From a virus: DNA of 64,000 nucleotides. Below, piece after piece: positions 38,233 to 48,473 of the stretch (the stretch's first letter is position 1; each line of letters begins with the position of its first letter). Made by a program: the position numbers and the translations under genes. The stretch is taken from positions 32,001 through 96,000 of the IMG/VR virus record IMGVR_UViG_3300047322_000252; one strand, given 5' to 3'. The notes under the pieces were generated by a model that searched no databases, was not told where the DNA came from, and worked only from the letters and a program-made list of their open reading frames with translations.

Positions 38233-39788
38233 CCGTTGAGCCGAGGCCTTATCAAGCGGAAGCCCTCGCACGCATGGTGGAGCGGGGGAACCAGCTACTC
38301 GCCCTCACGATGGGAGCGGGCAAGACCATCACGGCCCTGGCCGCAGTTGAACTACTGGCAGCGCAAGGCCTTGTCCGCACCGGGTTCGTCCTGTGCCCCA
38401 ACTCGATCAAGTTTCAATGGCTGGATGAAATCCGCCGCCGAACAGGAGCGCCGTGCCAGGTCATCGATGGCACACGTGAGCACCGCCTCTTCCAGTACAA
38501 ACATGCCCGTAGGTACCGCTACAACATCAGCAACTACGACACGCTTCGGAACGACCTGGAACTACTGACCAACTGGGTGCCGGTCCCGGACTTCCTGATC
38601 GCTGACGAGGCCACCCAGATCAAGAGCATGCGGGCGCAGCGCTCGAAGGTGTTGAAGCGTCTGGCCAAAGAGGTGCCGTACCGCTTCGCCCTCACCGGCC
38701 AGCCCATCGAGAACCGGCCCGAGGAACTGTTCTCCATCATGGAGTTTGTTGACAGAACAGTGTTGGGTCCGTTCATCAAGTTCGACCGCACCTTCATCAG
38801 CAGGGACCACTTCGGGCGCCCGGTGCGCTACCGCAACATGGAGACGCTGCGGGACTCGATGGCTCCGGTGATGTACCGCAAGAGCCGCAAGGACATCGAG
38901 GACTTCCTGCCCACCATCATCCCGATGGAGATGCCGATCGAGCTATCCCCTGCGGTGCGGGCGGTCTACGACTTCATGGCACACGACTGCCTGGCTGCCA
39001 TAGAACATGCCATAGAGGCTGGTGGGATGGGTAGCTTCGACGTGGCCAGCATCTACGGCCGCTCCGACCACGAGAACGCCAAGGGCAAGGCGATGGGCGA
39101 GATCATGGCCCGGCTCACCTGCATGCGCATGCTCTGCGACCACCCGGCCCTGCTGCTCCAGTCGGCCCAGGAGTATGACGACCCGGAGTCCGGTCGGGGA
39201 TCGAAGTATGCAGCGTGGTTGGCTCACGAGGGCTTCCTGGACGAGCTAGCTGACGACGGCCACCAGAAGATGCTCGCCGCCTGCGACCTGATCGAGGAGA
39301 TCGTGGGGGAGTCGGACACCAACAAGGTGGTCCTCTTCGCCTTCTTCAAGCCCATGCTGCGCATGATTCGGGCTGTCCTGGGCAAGCGGAAGATCGCCAC
39401 CGTCATGCTCACCGGGGACCTGAACGCCCAGCAGCGGCGCCAGTCGTTGGACATGTTCCAGGGGCCGTGCCAGGTCCTGCTCTCCTCGGACGCCGGGCAG
39501 TACGGCATCGACCTGCCCCACTGCAACTACCTGATCAGCTACGACCTGCCGTGGTCAGCCGGGGCCTTCGCCCAGCGGGTGGCCCGCATCGACCGCACTT
39601 CCAGCCTGTTCCCTCACGTCACCGTTGTCACCATGATGTGTAGGGGCACGGTGGAGCAGCGCCAGTTCGACATGTTGACTCAGAAGCGCACCGTGGCCGA
39701 GACGTGGATCGATGGCATGCACATCGACGGCAAGGGCGGATTGACATTGACACTCGACACCTTGCGGGGGTTCCTCCAGGCTGCCTAG
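38202..39788 (+). CDS. SNF2-family helicase
   Basis: PYQ, MGAGKT, IADEA, LTGQPIEN, G.DL, YDLPW, RIDR. Confidence 0.9.
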   Translation: MEADTASWPLTVEPRPYQAEALARMVERGNQLLALTMGAGKTITALAAVELLAAQGLVRTGFVLCPNSIKFQWLDEIRRRTGAPCQVIDGTREHRLFQYKHARRYRYNISNYDTLRNDLELLTNWVPVPDFLIADEATQIKSMRAQRSKVLKRLAKEVPYRFALTGQPIENRPEELFSIMEFVDRTVLGPFIKFDRTFISRDHFGRPVRYRNMETLRDSMAPVMYRKSRKDIEDFLPTIIPMEMPIELSPAVRAVYDFMAHDCLAAIEHAIEAGGMGSFDVASIYGRSDHENAKGKAMGEIMARLTCMRMLCDHPALLLQSAQEYDDPESGRGSKYAAWLAHEGFLDELADDGHQKMLAACDLIEEIVGESDTNKVVLFAFFKPMLRMIRAVLGKRKIATVMLTGDLNAQQRRQSLDMFQGPCQVLLSSDAGQYGIDLPHCNYLISYDLPWSAGAFAQRVARIDRTSSLFPHVTVVTMMCRGTVEQRQFDMLTQKRTVAETWIDGMHIDGKGGLTLTLDTLRGFLQAA

Positions 39789-39842
39789 CCACAGGAGTAC
39801 AGTGCGCCCCGGACGTCCTGATGGACCACGAAAGGGGACCCA

Positions 39843-40187
39843 ATGTCCGATGTTGACACCACAGACGAAGTCGCCATCCAAGGCGAAGAGGAGCAGAAGG
39901 TCACGGACCGGGTTGCTGAGGCCGTTGCCGAGGTCAACCCTCCCGGTTCGGCCATCTACCCGGAGAACGACGCCGTACGGGGGGCGATGTCGGGCATGCC
40001 TGCGGGCAACACCGATGAGCTTCCGCCTGGCGCCGACTCGGTCCGGGAGGCCATGAAGGCGTCGCTGACCCCCGAAGAGGTCGAGGAAGGGGACGCCCAA
40101 GGAGTGGAGTTCCCGCCCGAGGTTTCTCGACAGGCGTCCAGCAAGCGCATCGGGAAGGGCAGCGGCGGCACCGACGACGTCGGTTGA
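39843..40187 (+). CDS. Acidic hypothetical protein
   Basis: AAAGGGGA RBS; E/D-rich. Confidence 0.7.
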   Translation: MSDVDTTDEVAIQGEEEQKVTDRVAEAVAEVNPPGSAIYPENDAVRGAMSGMPAGNTDELPPGADSVREAMKASLTPEEVEEGDAQGVEFPPEVSRQASSKRIGKGSGGTDDVG

Positions 40188-40201
40188 CGGCGGGCAAGAC
40201 A

Positions 40202-40233
40202 AAGGGCCGGGGTGGTCGAGCACCCCGGCCCTT
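40202..40233. terminator. Bidirectional terminator hairpin
   Basis: AAGGGCCGGGGTG...CACCCCGGCCCTT between convergent genes. Confidence 0.8.
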
Positions 40234-40264
40234 CGCCGTGTCCTAGCCTTACCCCCAAGTCGGG

Positions 40265-43200
40265 CTAGGAGGTTTCACACGCCTGGCCGTCGCCGTCGTG
40301 GTCGAGGCCACCCGGGTTGGGAATGGCGGGGCTGCGGTAGTAGTCCCACCACGCCTGGGCGGCGTTGTGGTTCTGCACGCTGCCGAGGGCACCAGGGAAG
40401 TCGGCGCACTTGGCCACGGTGTTCGGGTCAGGACCAGACGGGGGTGTTGTGACAGCGTCACCGAACCACCCACTCAGGTCCACGATCAGGTCGGTGGCGG
40501 CGAAGCTCTTGAAGCACACCTGACCCGTCTCCGGAACCTTGACCACCGTCATGTTGGCGGCGCTCACCTGGTGGGCCGTGTAGTTGACCGATGACGTCTT
40601 GGTGGTCGTCCCGCAGGGGTACACCTGGACGTAGCCATTGGCCGAGGGGTCAGCCACCGTGATGTTGAGCACCGCCGCTGCGATGCCCCGGGGCAGGCCC
40701 AGGTCCACGGCAAGCTCCTGGCCGGGAGCCAGGCGGCTGAACCCCGGTGTGCTGCGGGTGTCGAACAGCCGGGACGGAGCCACGGCGGTGAGGGTGGTGC
40801 CATCAGCACCCACGAACCAGCCCGCCAGGTCTGCGATCACCTGCGTGTTGGCGAAGCTCCGGAAGCAGAGCGTGCCTCCCGGTGCCTCCACGGCGGCGAA
40901 GTTGGCGATGGTCTGGCCCGCTGCGTAGTTCACGTTGGACGTGTTGGCCTCGGCGTCGCAGGGGTAGGCCCTGAGGTAGCCATCAGCCTGGGGCTGGTCC
41001 ACCGTGAGGTTCAGCATCATGGCCTCGGCCGTAGCCGGTGCCTCAGCGAGGTTGAACACCACCTGGTGTCCTGCCTGGAAGGCGTTGGGTCGGGAGTCGA
41101 GTACCCGGGTCGGGTCCACCGGCTGGTAGCCCAGCGCTCCGTCCCTATCGAAGTAGCCCGACAGGTCGATCACCACGTCGGTGGTCTGTTGTGACAAGAA
41201 GCAGACCCACCCGTCAGCGGGGATCGTGACAATCGCCACGTTGCTCACCGTCTGCCCGGTGCTGTAGTTCACCGTGCTGTTCTCCGGGACCGTGCCGCAG
41301 GGGTACACCCGCAGGAAGCCGGTGTCCTGAGGCTGCGTCACCGTGACCGTGAGCATGGCGGCGCTGTGCCCGCCGAGGTTGATGGCGTTCTGCTCACCGG
41401 CCTGCACCGGCTGGGCGTCCGTCCTGGTGTCCACCAGGCGCTCAGCGGGCTGCTGAGTGAACCGGAGGCCCTGGATCTGCGGCGGGGTCACCGGAGGCGC
41501 CACAGGAGGCACCACAGGGGGCGCCACCGGGGGCACCGTCTGGTCCAGGAGGTAGGTCACCGACTGCTGGACGACAGCGCCTCGGGAGTCGGTGGCCTTG
41601 ACCACGATCTCCAGGTAGTAGTCCGGCGTGTCGTCCCCATGGCTGGGGAAGACGAAGTCCGGGCTGTCCTGGAAGGCGCCGGGATGCACGTGGCACTCGC
41701 CAGGTGAGGGGCAGTGGTGGATCACCGGCTGGTACTGGACGCTGACGGCGTCGCCATCGGGGTCCCGCACTGTTGCGTCAACATGGAGGGCGTCACCGAC
41801 GTGGAAGAGGCCCTGGGGCGGGACCACGTTCAGGACGGGGGCGTTGTTGCCCACGTTCACGGTCACCGTGGCCGAGGCCGTGGCGCCCAGGTCGTCGCTG
41901 ACCGTCAGGATGGCCCGGTAGGAGCCGGGCGACGTGTAGGTGTGGCTCACCGTGGCCGGGGGCTGGTTGAGCGCCGACAGGGGCAGTGAGCCGTCCCCGA
42001 AGTCCATGGTCCACGTGCGGATGGTGCCGTCCGTGTCGCCAGCGGAGGGAGAGAAGGTCACGCCCAACGGGGACAGGCCGATCAGCGGTGTGCCGACCAG
42101 GCGAGCGGTGGGTACGGCGTTGTCGCCACCCAGGTAGTGGATGCGGGTGATGTGACCGGCCCCGGTGCCAGGCGCACCGATGTCGGACACCATGACGTCG
42201 CCGCCCAGGCCCGCTTGGATGCTGGTGATGGACCCCCACTGGCCGAGCGCACCGAAGGGGTGCTGGTGGTCGCCCACGAACAGATCGCCTCGGGCGTAGT
42301 CACCGAACCAGTAGCCCTGCTGGGCAGCCGGGTAGTTGCTTGTTACGACAACACCACCGACTGCGGCCGACTGAGCGGCCCGACCCACTTCAACGTGGGG
42401 CCAGGTCAGCAGAGGATCGGTGAAGGTGGCGTTGCACTCGGGGCTGTTGTCCAGCGTGGTGACCGTGGTGCCTTCCAGGCAGGGCCAGCCCAGGTTGTTG
42501 CCCTTGTTCACCACGTCCTGCTCTTCGGTGGTGTTCCAGCCCACGTCCCCGACCCGCAGGGTCGAGCCGTCGAGGGAGAAGCGGAAGGGGTTGCGGAGGC
42601 CGTAGGCCCACACCCGCTGCGCCCAATACTCGTCCCGGATGGGGTAGTCGTTCTGGCCGTTGATCTTGGCGGCGATGAAGGGGTTGTCAGCGACGGGCGT
42701 GCCGTCCTGGTTGATGTGGAAGATCTTGCCCCGAGGCGAGAACACGTCCTGGGCCGACAGGGACGACGGGTCCATGGCGCCGCAGTAGGACGAGCCGTCA
42801 CCGTTGCCGACGTACAGGGTGCCATCCGGTGCTGTGATAACAGTGCCCACGGTGTGGCTGTCGGTGCAGACGGCCCCGTTGGTGGGCGACCACGACGGCA
42901 GGTTGTCCATGAGCACGACCTCGCTGGTGAAGTCGATGCCGGTGGGAGCGGTGGCCGGACCCAGGAGGGTCATCCGGCTCAACCGACCAGTCGGTAGGCC
43001 ACCATCGGGGATGCAGGCCTGGTCATCGGAGGCCAGGGTGGTGGACTGGCAGTAGTCCCACAGCATGTTCACGTGCTTGGTGGTGGCGTAGTCACCGGCC
43101 AGGGAGATGCCGAGCAGGCCTCGGTCGCCCTGGTAGTAGGCGGGCATGTTGCCGATGATGGTGGCGGTGGCGTCCGAGGCGTCCATGCCGTCGCCTGTTA

Positions 43201-43423
43201 CGTCAACACGTGTCACCCGCCCCGACTTGCCGGTGGCCAGCATGGTCTGAGTGCCGGGTATGACCACGAAGTTGGTCAGGTCATACTCGAACATTCCAGC
43301 GTCATACTGGACGAGCTTGAAGCCGGTGGGTACGGACGGGGCCGCACTCGCAGGGGAGGGCGCTAGAGGTATTGCCGCCAACCCCATTGCGAGCAGGGCG
43401 AGTGTGATGACTCTCCTGATCAT
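40265..43423 (-). CDS. Secreted PQQ-dependent sugar (glucose/sorbosone) dehydrogenase-like protein with PKD, three surface repeats and Excalibur domain
   Basis: Signal peptide (..ASA); RGLLG, GTLYVGNGD, YGLRNPFR, GDVG, NLGWP; PKD DFGDG..HTY..PG.Y; 3x RL.DTR...SNVNY...DLSG; DHDGDGQACE. Confidence 0.85.
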   Translation of the reverse strand: MIRRVITLALLAMGLAAIPLAPSPASAAPSVPTGFKLVQYDAGMFEYDLTNFVVIPGTQTMLATGKSGRVTRVDVTGDGMDASDATATIIGNMPAYYQGDRGLLGISLAGDYATTKHVNMLWDYCQSTTLASDDQACIPDGGLPTGRLSRMTLLGPATAPTGIDFTSEVVLMDNLPSWSPTNGAVCTDSHTVGTVITAPDGTLYVGNGDGSSYCGAMDPSSLSAQDVFSPRGKIFHINQDGTPVADNPFIAAKINGQNDYPIRDEYWAQRVWAYGLRNPFRFSLDGSTLRVGDVGWNTTEEQDVVNKGNNLGWPCLEGTTVTTLDNSPECNATFTDPLLTWPHVEVGRAAQSAAVGGVVVTSNYPAAQQGYWFGDYARGDLFVGDHQHPFGALGQWGSITSIQAGLGGDVMVSDIGAPGTGAGHITRIHYLGGDNAVPTARLVGTPLIGLSPLGVTFSPSAGDTDGTIRTWTMDFGDGSLPLSALNQPPATVSHTYTSPGSYRAILTVSDDLGATASATVTVNVGNNAPVLNVVPPQGLFHVGDALHVDATVRDPDGDAVSVQYQPVIHHCPSPGECHVHPGAFQDSPDFVFPSHGDDTPDYYLEIVVKATDSRGAVVQQSVTYLLDQTVPPVAPPVVPPVAPPVTPPQIQGLRFTQQPAERLVDTRTDAQPVQAGEQNAINLGGHSAAMLTVTVTQPQDTGFLRVYPCGTVPENSTVNYSTGQTVSNVAIVTIPADGWVCFLSQQTTDVVIDLSGYFDRDGALGYQPVDPTRVLDSRPNAFQAGHQVVFNLAEAPATAEAMMLNLTVDQPQADGYLRAYPCDAEANTSNVNYAAGQTIANFAAVEAPGGTLCFRSFANTQVIADLAGWFVGADGTTLTAVAPSRLFDTRSTPGFSRLAPGQELAVDLGLPRGIAAAVLNITVADPSANGYVQVYPCGTTTKTSSVNYTAHQVSAANMTVVKVPETGQVCFKSFAATDLIVDLSGWFGDAVTTPPSGPDPNTVAKCADFPGALGSVQNHNAAQAWWDYYRSPAIPNPGGLDHDGDGQACETS

Positions 43424-43511
43424 TCTACTGTTCTACCTGGTCTTCTACCCGCTTGAACATGGGCTGAACGACCTACTGTGCGTGGATCGGTTCCTGGGTA
43501 CACTGTCAAGC

Positions 43512-43994
43512 ATGCCTGGGAAAGCAGCACCGACCCCTGAACCTGATCGGCCGAAGCGCCGCCGTGTGGTGAAGCGCACGCCGATCGACATCCGCACCGC
43601 TACCCGTCAGTGGTTGCTCGCCAGCGATGCCGTCGAGCGGTTCTCCAAGGACGTGTCCACCCATCGGGGGATGCTCATGGAAGCCCTCGTGGACCAGGGG
43701 ACGGTGGACGACAAGGGCAGCTTCTGGGTTCGTTTCCCCGACGATCCGGTCGAAGGCCGGGTCAAGGGTATGAAGCGTGAGCGCCGGGTGAGCCGGGTCC
43801 TCAACCAGGAAGCGGCCGAGGAGTACCTGCGGGAGAAGGGCCTGTACAAGGCCTGCACCGAGACGGTCGTCATGCTCTCGGAGGAGAAGATCCTCGACAA
43901 GAACTTCAAGGGCGAGATCTCCGACGCCGACCTGGACAAGCTCTACGACGTCAAGGAGACGTGGGCGCTGATCGCTGACCGGGTGAAGCTGTGA
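43512..43994 (+). CDS. Conserved phage hypothetical protein
   Basis: TACACT -10 just upstream (leaderless); DDKGS.W, RRVS..L, TWAL. Confidence 0.7.
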   Translation: MPGKAAPTPEPDRPKRRRVVKRTPIDIRTATRQWLLASDAVERFSKDVSTHRGMLMEALVDQGTVDDKGSFWVRFPDDPVEGRVKGMKRERRVSRVLNQEAAEEYLREKGLYKACTETVVMLSEEKILDKNFKGEISDADLDKLYDVKETWALIADRVKL

Positions 43995-44170
43995 AGGGTG
44001 AGACGTGCTGCGCCTGCGGGCGCTACGACCCACCTGGTGGAGTGCGACTGACCGATGGGTCGTTCGAGGGTCCAGGTGAGTTCGACTTCAAGCAGGACTG
44101 GATCTGCAAGCGGGCCGTCGCCTGCGCCGAAGAGATCGCTCGACAGCTACGGACGGGTGAACGGCGCTGA
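43991..44170 (+). CDS. Small Cys-rich hypothetical protein
   Basis: GTGA overlap; MKGETCCACG... Confidence 0.5.
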   Translation: MKGETCCACGRYDPPGGVRLTDGSFEGPGEFDFKQDWICKRAVACAEEIARQLRTGERR

Positions 44171-44184
44171 GCGACATCGATGGG

Positions 44185-44610
44185 ATGTTCGATGATCTGA
44201 GGGACTACCCCGGCAAGCGCAAGCCTGCGCTCCGGGACCAGCCTCGGCCCGAGCGCAAGATGCCAGACGCCTGGGACGCCAAGCCCAGGCACTACTTTGT
44301 GAATGGTGTGAAGACTGAGTTCTTCACCGTGGGGCAGGTGGCCCTCGCCCTCAACCGCACGTCGAGAACCATCCGGTGGTGGGAGGGCAAGCAGGTCATC
44401 CCACCGGCCACGTTCCGGGCTGCTGCGCCCAAGCGCAGCAAGGTCAAAGAGGCTGGTGACAGGCTGTGGAGCCGTGCTCAGGTGGAGGTTATGATTCGGG
44501 TTGCGCAGGAGGAGGGGGTGCTGGACGGTAAGGCGCCTTCTCCGCTCTTCACCAGGAAACTGGTGACGGCGTTCCTCGCACTACAGCAACACACCAAACG
44601 CAACTCGTAA
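44185..44610 (+). CDS. MerR-like HTH DNA-binding protein
   Basis: FTVGQVA.ALNR...TIRWWE...VIP...RLWS. Confidence 0.8.
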   Translation: MFDDLRDYPGKRKPALRDQPRPERKMPDAWDAKPRHYFVNGVKTEFFTVGQVALALNRTSRTIRWWEGKQVIPPATFRAAAPKRSKVKEAGDRLWSRAQVEVMIRVAQEEGVLDGKAPSPLFTRKLVTAFLALQQHTKRNS

Positions 44611-44630
44611 CACCACCAAAGGAACACCTC

Positions 44631-45392
44631 ATGGCAACGAAGCGGATCATCAGGCGTCAGCCTGCTCCCGCCGCTGCCCCTCCCATCGTGGAGGAAGCGG
44701 AGGAGTATGACGCATCGGCAATGACCAATGGGGGCGGGTTCTCAGGTCCAGACGAAGACGAAGGCGAGGACATCCGTGGCGGATGGGGCGCCTCGCAGGA
44801 AGTCATCGACAGCACGTCGAGCTACGCACAGACGTTCAAGCCAGGCAAGGACACACAGATCATCCGGTTCCTGGAGGGCAAGCCGTATGCCGCCTTCCGG
44901 CGACACTGGATCGACCGGGTAGGCATCGGCAAGCGGGCCTACACGTGCTACAAGAGCGTGGGCAAGGACTGCCCGCTCTGCATGATCGGGGACAAGCCGG
45001 GCGCCGTGACGGCGTTCAACGTGGCGCTCTGCCAGGACGACGGCGAGGCCCTGATCAAGTCGTGGGAGACGGGTGTGAAGATCACCCAGCAGTTGAAGAC
45101 GTACGCCAACGACCCGAAGATCGGGCCACTCGATCGGCCAGGCCTCTACTTCGCTGTGTCGAAGAGCGAGGCGACCCAGCGTCAGCAGGTGACCACCATG
45201 GTCAACCCCGTCCGTGAGCGGGACCTCCTGGAGGATTGGGCCACCCCACCGTTGACCCAGGCCAAGATCGACAAGCTCATCATGTACACGGCTGAGATCG
45301 TGGACATCTCACCCAAGGCCACGATGGACGAGGTAGCGGCTGAGTTCGCAGGCGACACCCCGCCCGAGGAAGGACGTAGCTGGGGAGGTTGA
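44631..45392 (+). CDS. Single-stranded DNA-binding protein (gp32-like)
   Basis: IRFL, HWI, C.....CPLC, acidic tail; upstream of PolA. Confidence 0.75.
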   Translation: MATKRIIRRQPAPAAAPPIVEEAEEYDASAMTNGGGFSGPDEDEGEDIRGGWGASQEVIDSTSSYAQTFKPGKDTQIIRFLEGKPYAAFRRHWIDRVGIGKRAYTCYKSVGKDCPLCMIGDKPGAVTAFNVALCQDDGEALIKSWETGVKITQQLKTYANDPKIGPLDRPGLYFAVSKSEATQRQQVTTMVNPVRERDLLEDWATPPLTQAKIDKLIMYTAEIVDISPKATMDEVAAEFAGDTPPEEGRSWGG

Positions 45393-45461
45393 CAGGGTTC
45401 GGAACCTGTGCTTTACTCTCCTGGCTCCGGATTGCCCGCTCTTTCCAGAGCACTCCACCTC

Positions 45462-45507
45462 AGGACCCCCGGCCTTCCTTCCCTCCCAGGAAGTGGCCGG
45501 GGGTCCT
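45462..45507 (+). terminator. GC-rich hairpin between SSB and PolA
   Basis: AGGACCCCCGGCC...GGCCGGGGGTCCT. Confidence 0.7.
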
Positions 45508-45542
45508 CGGCGTGTGAGGGGCCGGGAGCTACAGTCCCGTCA

Positions 45543-47537
45543 ATGGCAATGGTGGTCGAGCCGTATCTCATCCGCACCCGCCACGACTTGAAGACGGCGG
45601 TCGCCCGCTGCTCCCAGTACGACGCCTTCGTGATCGACGTCGAGACGGACGGCGTCTTCACCAAGACCAACTGGGTCACCTGGGTCGGCCTCGCCACCCA
45701 TGGTCAGTGCTTCCTCATTCCCATCGGGCAGCGTCACGGGCGGCTCATCAAGCGAGCGCACTCGAAGATGGAGCTACCGCCCGACCATCTACGGGCCGTG
45801 CTCCAGAACGGCACGCTGTCCATGCGCAAGGTGAAGGTCAACTACCCGGCCGTGTTCGGGGACCCCGGCGAGCAACTGGACCCTGCTGTCGTCTTCGAGG
45901 AGCTACAGCCTCTGCTGTTCAGTGACCAGATCAAGATCGGCCACAACGTCAAGTTCGACCTGATGACGGTGTCCAAGTACTACGGCGGCGAGCTACCACC
46001 AGGGCCGTACGAGGACACGATGATCATGCAGCACGTCGTGGACGAGAACCGGCGCCTCTACGACTTGAAGGAGTGCGTACTAGACATGCTCCGGGTGGTA
46101 GGTCTGGATCAGCGCCGGACCTATTACCCCAAGCTGGGCAAGACCATCATGAACGAGTCTCTGATGGACGTGGCCCGCTACCTGTCCAAGGACACCTATC
46201 TCTGCTGGCTGTTGCGACATCACCTGCGGGAGCGCTTGAAGAAGCAGGGGCTGGAGTCGGTGTTCCGGCTGGAGATGGACGTGTACCCGGCTGTGATGCG
46301 CATGGAGATGAACGGCGCCGCCATTGACACTGACGAGATGCAGGCGGTGGGCGCCGACCTGCGCCAGCAGATCACCCTCATCGAGAACCGGGCCTGGCAG
46401 ATCGCTGACGGACCGTTCCAGATGACGGATGTGAACAAGAAGCGGGAGCTTCTGTTCATGCCCAAGGACAAGGTCAAGGGTGGGCAGGGCTTGAAGCCGC
46501 TCACCTGGACGGCCAAGACCGGCGTGCCCCAGTTGAACCAGTTCACCCTGGAGCACTACAGCGAGACGAACGAGCTAGCCCGGCTGTTCAGTGAGTGGAG
46601 CGCCGCCGCCAAGCTGCACTCCACCTATATCGTGGGCCTGCGGGACCGGATGCACGAGCGGGACGGTCAACATTACGTTTACACATCATTCACACAACAG
46701 GGCACGGTGACAGGGCGTCTGAGCAGCCGTGACCCCAACGTCCAGAACATCCCCACCGACTCCTCGATCCGGGGGCTATTCATCGCCCCGGACGGGCAGA
46801 TCCTCATCGTGGCTGACTACGACCAGATCGAGTTGCGGGTGATCGCCCACTTCTCGGGGGACCCGGTCATGCAGGGCATCTTCCAGCGGGGTGAGGACAT
46901 CCACGCTGGTACAGCGGCTGCGGTGCTGGGCAAGGAGATCGAGGAAGTCACCCCCATCGAGCGCTCCAAGATCGGCAAGCCCCTCAACTTCGCCGTGGGC
47001 TACGGCGCAGGCTGGCAGAAGGTCGCCGCCATGTCCGGTACCAGCGAGCGCCAGGCCAAGCTCTTCGTGCGTCGGTACTACGAGCGCTTCGCCATGATCC
47101 AGCCCTGGAAGCGCCGGGTCCTGCTGGAGGCGTGGAAGCGGGGGGACCCCAAGAACCCCTACGGGCAGCCCCCATTTGTGACAACACTTCTGGGACGTAA
47201 GCGCAGGTTGCCGGAGCTTTACAGCGGCGACAACGCCTTGAAGTCGAGGGCTGAGCGGCAGGCCATCAACCACCGGGTGCAGGGCACAGCGGCCGAGATC
47301 ATGAAGATCGCCATCATCCGGGTGGACCGGGCCTTCCAGGACACGCCGTACCAGATGCTGATGACTGTTCATGACGAACTGCTGTCGGCCGTCCCCGAAG
47401 CCGAGGCTGAGCAGGCGAAAGCGGCCGTTGTGACAGCGATGTCCGGGATATGCTTCGCCAACGGAGATCCGATTCTCAACGTCCCACTGGTGGTGTCATG
47501 CGGAACAGCGAAGAGGTGGAGCGAGGCCAAGGGGTAA
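45543..47537 (+). CDS. polA: DNA polymerase I (family A; 3'-5' exonuclease + polymerase)
   Basis: DVET, GHN.KFD, TGRLSS..PN.QNIP, DY.QIELR, K.LNFA..YG, VHDEL. Confidence 0.95.
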   Translation: MAMVVEPYLIRTRHDLKTAVARCSQYDAFVIDVETDGVFTKTNWVTWVGLATHGQCFLIPIGQRHGRLIKRAHSKMELPPDHLRAVLQNGTLSMRKVKVNYPAVFGDPGEQLDPAVVFEELQPLLFSDQIKIGHNVKFDLMTVSKYYGGELPPGPYEDTMIMQHVVDENRRLYDLKECVLDMLRVVGLDQRRTYYPKLGKTIMNESLMDVARYLSKDTYLCWLLRHHLRERLKKQGLESVFRLEMDVYPAVMRMEMNGAAIDTDEMQAVGADLRQQITLIENRAWQIADGPFQMTDVNKKRELLFMPKDKVKGGQGLKPLTWTAKTGVPQLNQFTLEHYSETNELARLFSEWSAAAKLHSTYIVGLRDRMHERDGQHYVYTSFTQQGTVTGRLSSRDPNVQNIPTDSSIRGLFIAPDGQILIVADYDQIELRVIAHFSGDPVMQGIFQRGEDIHAGTAAAVLGKEIEEVTPIERSKIGKPLNFAVGYGAGWQKVAAMSGTSERQAKLFVRRYYERFAMIQPWKRRVLLEAWKRGDPKNPYGQPPFVTTLLGRKRRLPELYSGDNALKSRAERQAINHRVQGTAAEIMKIAIIRVDRAFQDTPYQMLMTVHDELLSAVPEAEAEQAKAAVVTAMSGICFANGDPILNVPLVVSCGTAKRWSEAKG

Positions 47538-47857
47538 CCCTGACGAGCTTGCGGCGGGCCTTCCTCATCGACATGTCCTGGCCGGTCGGCAGTGATGCCA
47601 TCGCCCGGCTGTTCGACCTGCCTGCGGCCTCAGCCGAGGTGCTGGAGGCCGAGGTCGGGGACTCTCGTGCCCGCATGGGCCGGTTCACTCGCAACGGGAA
47701 GCTGTGCGCCATCCTGACCCAGGCTGCCCGGGACTGCGAGGCCGTGCTCAGCGTGGTGGAGGACGAAGATGAGCGGGTGGCCTGGCTGGCGACGTACGCT
47801 CTGGCCGTCATGAACCTCTTGGAGATGGCAGGTGAGATCGAGGTGACGGCAGCGTGA
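47498..47857 (+). CDS. Hypothetical protein
   Basis: Overlaps the PolA end; coupled downstream. Confidence 0.6.
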   Translation: MRNSEEVERGQGVTLTSLRRAFLIDMSWPVGSDAIARLFDLPAASAEVLEAEVGDSRARMGRFTRNGKLCAILTQAARDCEAVLSVVEDEDERVAWLATYALAVMNLLEMAGEIEVTAA

Positions 47858-48282
47858 GCGCACAGGATTGGTACCGCAGGGCACTGGGAGGAGGGTCGCC
47901 AGCGCCTGCGGCCCCCCAAGCGTACGTGCCCCAGCAGCAGGTCCCAGCGGGCTATCAGGCCCCTCCGGGCTACCAACTGGTGCCCGTCCAGCAGCCCAAC
48001 GGCAACGGGGCCATCCCCTGGAGCCAGATCCAACAGCAGCAGGTGCCGAACATCGACACCCGCACCATCCCTCGTGGTGCTGTGACACCAGAGAACTTCC
48101 TGGAGATGGCGAAGTTCTGGAGGGGTGGCGAGGGGCAGAAGGCGGCGCTCGACTGCCCGCAGTGCGGAGGGGTGCTCTTCCGTCGCTTCGAGGGCAGGCG
48201 TGAAGCCGCACCACTGTGTGAGTCGTGCGGCTTCAACGGCCTCTTCGTGCAGGGTCAGGGAGCCGTCGCCGTCAACGGGTGA
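47854..48282 (+). CDS. Hypothetical protein, P/Q-rich with C-terminal Zn ribbon
   Basis: CPQCG...CESCG. Confidence 0.7.
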   Translation: MSAQDWYRRALGGGSPAPAAPQAYVPQQQVPAGYQAPPGYQLVPVQQPNGNGAIPWSQIQQQQVPNIDTRTIPRGAVTPENFLEMAKFWRGGEGQKAALDCPQCGGVLFRRFEGRREAAPLCESCGFNGLFVQGQGAVAVNG

Positions 48283-48473
48283 AACGCCGCCATGTGAGCG
48301 TCATACTCTTCACGAGAGTGCATGGTACGGTCGATGTTGGAGGCCTGGATGCCGTAGTGGGCAACACACAGGCGGCATGCCAGGCCTCTCTTGCTCCCGT
48401 CCACGAGCGCTAGCTCGACCGGCTCACGCCAGGGCAGTTCGGGGAAGGTCGCTTCGAGTTCGTCGTCAGTCAC
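48255..48473 (-). CDS. Possible small antisense gene
   Basis: GTG start, MTDDELEATFPELPW...CRLC...H; fills the gap before recA. Confidence 0.45.
   Translation of the reverse strand: MTDDELEATFPELPWREPVELALVDGSKRGLACRLCVAHYGIQASNIDRTMHSREEYDAHMAAFHPLTATAP

Noticed and set aside
41480-41540. Short tandem repeat
   Set aside because: Encodes a PPVAPPVVPPVAPPVTPP protein linker
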